A stretch of DNA of 61,911 nucleotides from NCBI GenBank assembly GCA_016198125.1, contig JACQJG010000019.1:1-61911 (forward strand), written 5' to 3'. Below the pieces are notes generated by a model. The model saw nothing but the letters and a program-made list of their open reading frames with translations. It made no database searches and was not told the DNA's origin. Source of the DNA: Candidatus Iainarchaeum sp. (lineage in GTDB: Archaea; Iainarchaeota; Iainarchaeia; Iainarchaeales; VGJJ01). The position numbers were made by a program, and so were the translations under genes. Below are positions 56,486 through 61,911 of this stretch, in pieces. Within the stretch, counting starts at the first letter, position 1. The number at the start of each line of letters is the position of its first letter.

Positions 56486-58285
56486 ATGTATGAAACCAAA
56501 ATCACCACTAAACTATTGAGTAAAGTGAACAGCCCGCAGGACATCAAGCATTTTTCTTTCCCGAAACTCAATGAGCTTGCAGAGGAAGTGCGGGAAACGC
56601 TTATCTGCGTGTGCGCAAAAAATGGAGGGCACATTGGCACGAACCTGGGGGTCGTGGAGTTAACGATTGCACTGCATTACGCGTTTGATTCTCCAAAAGA
56701 CAAACTGGTGTTTGACACCACCCATCAAACGTACACGCACAAACTGCTCACTGGAAAACGGGAAAAGTTTGACACGATTTGCACGCCAAAAGGCATTCCG
56801 CGTTTTTCCGTGCGCTCAGACAATGTGCATGACTGCTGGGGCGCTGGACACGCGTCCACTGGTTTGAGTGCGGCCATGGGCATGGCCGAGGCAAGAAAGC
56901 GCAACAAAAAACAATACGAAGTAGTGGCCATCGTTGGAGACGGGGCCATGACAGGCGGCATGTGCTTTGAGGCTATGAACAACATTGGGTACAATCAAAC
57001 GGATTTACTCATTGTATTGAATGACAATAAAATGAGCATTTCTCCCAACGTGGGCGCTTTGTATGAGTACATGAAGCGCCTGTCCATGACCAGTGCCTCA
57101 GACAAGCCGCGCAGGGAAATTGGAACCATTTTTGAAAAACTGGGCATCAGGTATTATGGCCCGGTAGACGGACACGACATTGAAGGATTGGTGCAGGCGT
57201 TCAACGAATTAAAGCACATTCGCGGCCCCAAACTGTTGCATGTTCTAACAGAAAAAGGAAAGGGCATGCAGTACATGGAAAAAGACAAGGCCCGGTGGCA
57301 TGAACATGCAGCGTTTGACATTGAAACAGGGGATCCTGTAAAACCCAAAAGCCCTACCCTGGAAGGAGTGGCCGTGCAGGCGCTCATAGAACTTGCGGAA
57401 AAAGACGATTCCATTATTGGCATTACTGCGGCCATGCCGTCTGGAACTGCAATGGCCAAGTTTGGAGAAAAGTTTCCTGACCGGTTTTATGATGTGGGAA
57501 TCGCGGAAGAACATGCGACTACTTTTGCTGCCGGGCTTGCGTGCGAAGGCGTGAAACCATTTGTGTGCATTTACTCTCCTTTTTTACAGCGCGCATTTGA
57601 CCAAATCATGCATGATGTTTCATTGCAGGATTTGCCGGTGCGGTTCATGGTGCCCAAAGCCGCGATTACAGGCGATGGCCCCACCCAAGGAGGCATTTTG
57701 GATTTGAGTTATTTGCGCGTCATTCCTAACACCGTAGTGATGGCGCCAAAAGATGAGAATGAGTTGCGGCACATGATTAAAACCATGCAACTCTATGAAA
57801 AAGGGCCCATCAGCGTGCGCTACCCCAAAGGAAACATAAACTCAATTCCTGCTGAACCCTTAAAGGAAATTCCCATTGGCCAGGCAGAGGTTTTACGCGA
57901 AGGAAAAGACGTGGCGCTGATTGCCATTGGAAGCATGGTGGGGGACGCGTTAAAGGCTTCGGATCAATTAAAAGGAATGGGCATTGAGGCTGCTGTGGTA
58001 AACGCGCGCTTTGCCAAGCCCTTGGACGAAAAAACCATTATTCATGCGCTAAAAACGTGCGGTAAAGGCATTACCTTGGAAGAAAACACCCTTGTGGGCG
58101 GGTTTGGAAGCGCGGTGCTTGAACTCCTAGAAAGCAGGGGCTTGCAAGACATTCACGTGACGCGCATTGGCGCACCGGATGAGTACATTGGGTATGATGA
58201 TCCTAAGAACATTAAAGCCGGGTATGGAATGAATGTGGAAAGCATTGTGGCGCGCGCAAAGGAATGGGTTGCACGAACCAAGTAA
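56486..58285 (+). CDS. dxs: 1-deoxy-D-xylulose-5-phosphate synthase
   Basis: GGH...LGVVELTIALH, HQ.Y.HK.LTG, GHAST, GDGAMTGG..FEAMN, NDN.MSI, YYGPVDGHD, ITAAMPSGT, DVGIAEEHA. Confidence 0.94.
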   Translation: MYETKITTKLLSKVNSPQDIKHFSFPKLNELAEEVRETLICVCAKNGGHIGTNLGVVELTIALHYAFDSPKDKLVFDTTHQTYTHKLLTGKREKFDTICTPKGIPRFSVRSDNVHDCWGAGHASTGLSAAMGMAEARKRNKKQYEVVAIVGDGAMTGGMCFEAMNNIGYNQTDLLIVLNDNKMSISPNVGALYEYMKRLSMTSASDKPRREIGTIFEKLGIRYYGPVDGHDIEGLVQAFNELKHIRGPKLLHVLTEKGKGMQYMEKDKARWHEHAAFDIETGDPVKPKSPTLEGVAVQALIELAEKDDSIIGITAAMPSGTAMAKFGEKFPDRFYDVGIAEEHATTFAAGLACEGVKPFVCIYSPFLQRAFDQIMHDVSLQDLPVRFMVPKAAITGDGPTQGGILDLSYLRVIPNTVVMAPKDENELRHMIKTMQLYEKGPISVRYPKGNINSIPAEPLKEIPIGQAEVLREGKDVALIAIGSMVGDALKASDQLKGMGIEAAVVNARFAKPLDEKTIIHALKTCGKGITLEENTLVGGFGSAVLELLESRGLQDIHVTRIGAPDEYIGYDDPKNIKAGYGMNVESIVARAKEWVARTK

Positions 58286-58323
58286 ACGTAATTTTATACA
58301 TAACCTGTTTTTGGAGAAGCCTC

Positions 58324-59013
58324 ATGACTCACGAACGTTTTTTGTTTGTAAATTTTAAAGCCTATTTGGAAGCTTCTCACACCCGCGCCTTGGATTTGGT
58401 CAAAGCCATGGAAGACGTGCAGGAAACGCATGAAAAAATTACTTTGATTCCAGTAGTGCAAGCGTTAGACCTTGCCTGGTTGCAGGATAAAACATCCTTG
58501 CCCTTGTGGGGCCAGCACGCGGACTCCATTCAACCAGGAGCATTCACCGGGCACGTGCTGCCCGAGGCCCTGAAAATAGCGGGGGCAACAGGAACGTTGG
58601 TGAATCATGCAGAGCGCAAAGTCGATAATGCGGTGCTTGAAAGGACAATGGCCCGGTGCAGGGAAGCAACCCTTTTGATTCAGGCTTGCGCAGAAACTGT
58701 GGAACGCGCCATTCAAATCGCTTCCATGCCCGTTCAACCGAACTTCATTGCATTCGAGCCCCCGGAATTGATTGGAGGTACTGTCTCAGTGTCCAGTGCA
58801 CAACCGGAAATCGTGCAACGCTTCGTGGAAAAAGTAAGAGAACGCTCTCCAAATACCATTCCCATTTGCGGGGCCGGAGTTAAGAACGCCCAAGACGTGG
58901 CCAAGGCATTGGAATTGGGCACGCAAGGAATTTTAGTGGCCAGCGGCGTTGTGAAAGCACCCAATCAAAAAGAAGCATTGGAAGAATTGTGCAAGGGGTT
59001 CGGTCAACGTTAA
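58324..59013 (+). CDS. tpiA: Triosephosphate isomerase, archaeal type
   Basis: VNFKAY, QHAD, GAFTG, NHAER, EPPELIG, CGAGV, LVASGVVKA. Confidence 0.95.
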   Translation: MTHERFLFVNFKAYLEASHTRALDLVKAMEDVQETHEKITLIPVVQALDLAWLQDKTSLPLWGQHADSIQPGAFTGHVLPEALKIAGATGTLVNHAERKVDNAVLERTMARCREATLLIQACAETVERAIQIASMPVQPNFIAFEPPELIGGTVSVSSAQPEIVQRFVEKVRERSPNTIPICGAGVKNAQDVAKALELGTQGILVASGVVKAPNQKEALEELCKGFGQR

Positions 59014-59040
59014 GTGCAATTATATTTGTGGTGCCGGCAG

Positions 59041-59424
59041 TCACGCTTTTCGCTTGACCCATTCCACGTTTTTCATTTCGGCGAAGGCCTTATCCCCTGT
59101 AAGAAATTTTATTTTTTGCTTCAAGGAAATGGAATACCCAATGCAGTCCACGTATGAAAGATTCAGTTTAGGATTTTGCGCGCGCATTCTTGCCGCATTT
59201 TTGAATGCATTGTCGTCCATGTCAATTGTTTGGGGCAAAAAAGCGGCATAATACTTTTCGGCCAGGGCTTCATCAGCCTCCCTGAGGGTTGAATAATACA
59301 ATTCCATTAGATTGAGTTTTGTTGTGATAATCGTGTGCCGTTCAAAGTAGGAAAGGTAATCGGGATTGTCCTTGAGGTACTCTATAAGAGCAAATGTGTC
59401 GGCAAAATACTGCACTATCCCCAC
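59041..59424 (-). CDS. vapC: PIN-domain toxin (VapC)
   Basis: FADTFALIE, NLMELYY, LSYVDCIGY, FLTGDKAF. Confidence 0.9.
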   Translation of the reverse strand: MGIVQYFADTFALIEYLKDNPDYLSYFERHTIITTKLNLMELYYSTLREADEALAEKYYAAFLPQTIDMDDNAFKNAARMRAQNPKLNLSYVDCIGYSISLKQKIKFLTGDKAFAEMKNVEWVKRKA

Positions 59425-59630
59425 CCTTTCCGGATTTCATCCATGAGTTCCTGGGTGGGCTTTTTGCGCGGAAAGGTTCCGCGAAGGGTTTTAAGGGCGT
59501 CTATTTTTTGCACGGTGACAAGCAGTTTATCCAGGGGGTGAATTTTCTGCCGTTTTACGACCTCGTTATCAACAATTAAACTAATGGAATTGCCCCATTT
59601 CTTTGCTTCCACGGTTATTGTGTCACTCAT
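59415..59630 (-). CDS. vapB: AbrB/MazE-family antitoxin
   Basis: KKWGNSISLIV; overlaps the PIN gene. Confidence 0.88.
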   Translation of the reverse strand: MSDTITVEAKKWGNSISLIVDNEVVKRQKIHPLDKLLVTVQKIDALKTLRGTFPRKKPTQELMDEIRKGWG

Positions 59631-59634
59631 AAAA

Positions 59635-59650
59635 TATCATCTAAATGATA
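59635..59650. promoter_or_regulatory. Putative antitoxin operator palindrome
   Basis: TATCAT-ctaa-ATGATA directly upstream of the antitoxin start. Confidence 0.5.
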
Positions 59651-59796
59651 CAATAAGTATAACTCGTATTTAAGTTTATGTGGGCATAAGCGCCGGTGAA
59701 TAAGCCAATCTCTTTTAACCCTCCACCCTGCGACCAAAAAGAAAACTCCTTTTCTGGCCCCCTCATAGAGGCAAGGATTTGAAGGGGGGTTTTAAT

Positions 59797-60024
59797 TTGG
59801 CGGATTCGGGTGAAAGCAACAAACGCTTATTTGAATTACTGGCACTCGCCATTGTAGGCGTGGCCATCATAGGAATCGCATTCGTGATAACAGGCAATCA
59901 AAGCCAGCAAAACAACAGTGCAGGGCAGGCCTTGGCCGGTGCCGTTGGTGGAACCAGCACAGCCCCCCACGAGAAGGCTTATAAGGGCACTGAACCCTGG
60001 AATCCAGCCGGAACACCGAAGTAA
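59797..60024 (+). CDS. Small single-TM protein
   Basis: TM LLALAIVGVAIIGIAFVITG; T-rich tract downstream; TTG start uncertain. Confidence 0.6.
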   Translation: MADSGESNKRLFELLALAIVGVAIIGIAFVITGNQSQQNNSAGQALAGAVGGTSTAPHEKAYKGTEPWNPAGTPK

Positions 60025-60108
60025 AAACCTTGCGTGCCTCCTTTTTTTCTTTTTTGAGGCCATGCGCCTTAACAACGTTTTTTAACCTGGCCCTCTTTAA
60101 TTTAATGC

Positions 60109-61170
60109 ATGCCCGGCGAAAAAACCGAACAACGCAAAGCAGAGCATTTGAAGATTTGCGCGAAAGGGGATTTGGGCAAGATTACGTTTACAAACAAGAC
60201 AACAGGTTTTGAAGAAATTGATTTAATTCCAAGCGCGTTGCCTGAGATAAGCAAAGACGAAGTGGAATTGGAAACAGAATTCTTGGGCAAGCCCTTGGCA
60301 TTCCCGTTAATTGTAAGCAGCATGACTGGCGGTTGCAAGGAAGCGGGGGAAGTGAACAACGATATTGCGTCTGCGTGTGAAGAACTTGGAATTGGCATGG
60401 GCGTTGGAAGCATGCGCGCCATGATTGAAAACCCTGCACTGGCATACACCTACAAAGTGCGCGACGTGGCGCCAAACATTTTCCTGAATGGAAACATTGG
60501 GGTTTCACAGCTCAAAGGAATGGATTTGGAAAAACTCGCAGGGGCATTAAACGAAGTGGATGCAGACGCGCTGGCCATTCACCTGAACCCCGCCCAGGAA
60601 GCCGTGCAAAAAGAAGGCACTACAGACTTCAAAGGACTGGCAAAAGAAATTGAACGGACAGTGAAAAAACTGTCTGCCCCTGTTTTTGTAAAAGAAGTTG
60701 GAAATGGCATTTCACGTGAAACTGCACGGCTCCTTGTACAAACAGGAATTCAAGCCATTGACGTTTCCGGGGCAGGTGGAACGAACTGGGTGAAAATTGA
60801 TGCCATGCGCGGAAAAAATACAAATGCCGAATACTTGTATGAGTGGGGCGTGCCCACGGCGCTTGCGATCGTGGAAGCGCGTTCTGTATACAACCAAACC
60901 ATTCTTGCGTCCGGGGGGATTAGAAACGGCTTGGACATTGCCAAAGCCTTGATTTTGGGCGCGGATTTGTGCAGCATTGCACTCCCTGTGCTGCGTGCGC
61001 AAGCGGACGGAGGCAAGGAAGGCGTTGTAGAGTACCTGACCCGCATCCAAGGGGAACTGCGCACGGTCATGTTCCTTGTAGGGGCAAAGAACTTGAACGA
61101 GTTGAAAGACAAAAAAATCGTGGTGCACGGGAAAATGCGGGAATGGTTGAAGCAACGCGGAAAGGGTTGA
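60109..61170 (+). CDS. fni: Type 2 isopentenyl-diphosphate delta-isomerase (FMN-dependent)
   Basis: RKAEHL, SMTGG, GVGSMR, IHLNPAQEAVQ.EG, VKEVGNG, DVSGAGGTNW, ASGGIRNGLD. Confidence 0.96.
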   Translation: MPGEKTEQRKAEHLKICAKGDLGKITFTNKTTGFEEIDLIPSALPEISKDEVELETEFLGKPLAFPLIVSSMTGGCKEAGEVNNDIASACEELGIGMGVGSMRAMIENPALAYTYKVRDVAPNIFLNGNIGVSQLKGMDLEKLAGALNEVDADALAIHLNPAQEAVQKEGTTDFKGLAKEIERTVKKLSAPVFVKEVGNGISRETARLLVQTGIQAIDVSGAGGTNWVKIDAMRGKNTNAEYLYEWGVPTALAIVEARSVYNQTILASGGIRNGLDIAKALILGADLCSIALPVLRAQADGGKEGVVEYLTRIQGELRTVMFLVGAKNLNELKDKKIVVHGKMREWLKQRGKG

Positions 61171-61181
61171 AAGAAAAAATG

Positions 61182-61652
61182 TCAGCCCGTATAACTTTCC
61201 TTCAAATGCCCCAGCACTTCTTCAATGCGCGTGCAATTCTGTTGAGCGGCTGCAGTAATGTAATGGCTGAACGCGGCTTGGATGTCGTCTTTTTCGTGCA
61301 CGGGAGAATGGTTGAAGTGGTAGCGTTGCTTGGTGCGTTTCAAGAAGTGCACGTCTATTAAGCGTTTCAAATGGTAGCGTAAAAGCTTGTCCGAGACTTT
61401 TTCCTGGGATTTTTCCAAAATGTAGGCTTGCAGGTCAATGGTAGAGGGGTTCATTTTCTTTGTAAATTGATAGTAAAACAATGCGTCTAAAACGTCCAAC
61501 ATGGTGGTGCGCGATTCTTTCTCAGAGATGAGGCCAAAACTTAACGCAAACCAGCGCAGCAGGGAACGCTTGGTCAACCGCACATTGGGAGGCAAGTCCA
61601 TTTCCTTGAAGGTAAACGTTCTGCGCACCAGCGCGCTTTCCGGAAAAGCCAT
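61182..61652 (-). CDS. Winged-helix (ArsR-like) protein
   Basis: LLRWFALSFGLIS..ESR, LLRYHLKRLID.....R; start uncertain. Confidence 0.7.
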   Translation of the reverse strand: MAFPESALVRRTFTFKEMDLPPNVRLTKRSLLRWFALSFGLISEKESRTTMLDVLDALFYYQFTKKMNPSTIDLQAYILEKSQEKVSDKLLRYHLKRLIDVHFLKRTKQRYHFNHSPVHEKDDIQAAFSHYITAAAQQNCTRIEEVLGHLKESYTG

Positions 61653-61811
61653 TTTGAACACCAACAAAGTTTTAGTTTTTCTCATAGAGTATTCTGAACC
61701 CTTATTTAAAGGTTTTGACCTGCATTCAAAAACTAGGTTTTTAAACACGGAACACATAGTATTAGCAATGCGTTAAACGCGTTTTTTCGCAGAGTGTCGG
61801 GGTGAATAACA

Positions 61812-61911
61812 ATGGTTTACGTGAAGACAAACTTGTTTCCTTATCGCATGAGCTTGAAAAAACGCGAGCCCGTGCAATTGGCGGTTGAAATCCGCAACGA
61901 CGCCCAAGAAG
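61812..61911 (+). CDS. Partial CDS running off the right edge
   Basis: GGTGA RBS then ATG: MVYVKTNLFPYRMSLKKREPVQLAVEIRNDAQE. Confidence 0.6.
   Translation, partial: MVYVKTNLFPYRMSLKKREPVQLAVEIRNDAQE

Overview
Gene-dense archaeal chromosomal window with no rRNA, tRNA or CRISPR seen. Archaeal markers include TYW1/Taw1, archaeal-type TIM and IDI-2, class III signal peptides, KaiC/RAD55 ATPases, a DHH RecJ and GGTGA-type RBS. The organism is probably a DPANN archaeon, possibly Iainarchaeota/Diapherotrites; this taxonomy is an inference. Left to right: a truncated secreted metzincin-like protease; a surface-glycosylation trio (GT2, AsnB, GT-C); TYW1; several very basic orphan ORFs; an N-terminal-only NFACT/RqcH; VapBC; a beta-CASP RNase running into a type IV pilus locus (minor pilins, vWA/LVIVD adhesin, intein-containing ATPase, two TadB/C-like proteins, major pilin, KaiC-like ATPases); an uncharacterised 7-gene surface-structure operon (33.1-43.9 kb); an intein-containing RecJ; and a bacterial-type MEP isoprenoid cluster (ispE, ispH, dxr, ispD, ispF, dxs, plus tpiA and fni; no ispG in the window). 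The three most interesting signals: (1) the 33-44 kb operon has the architecture of a donor-strand-exchange fibre (tip, shaft, anchor, plus three QPEFYP paralogues); (2) a Chlorobium-type (IV-Photo) RuBisCO-like protein of unknown function sits inside the MEP operon and is coupled to ispF; (3) D-x-N tripeptides are strongly enriched in exported proteins only, suggesting an unusual modification sequon.
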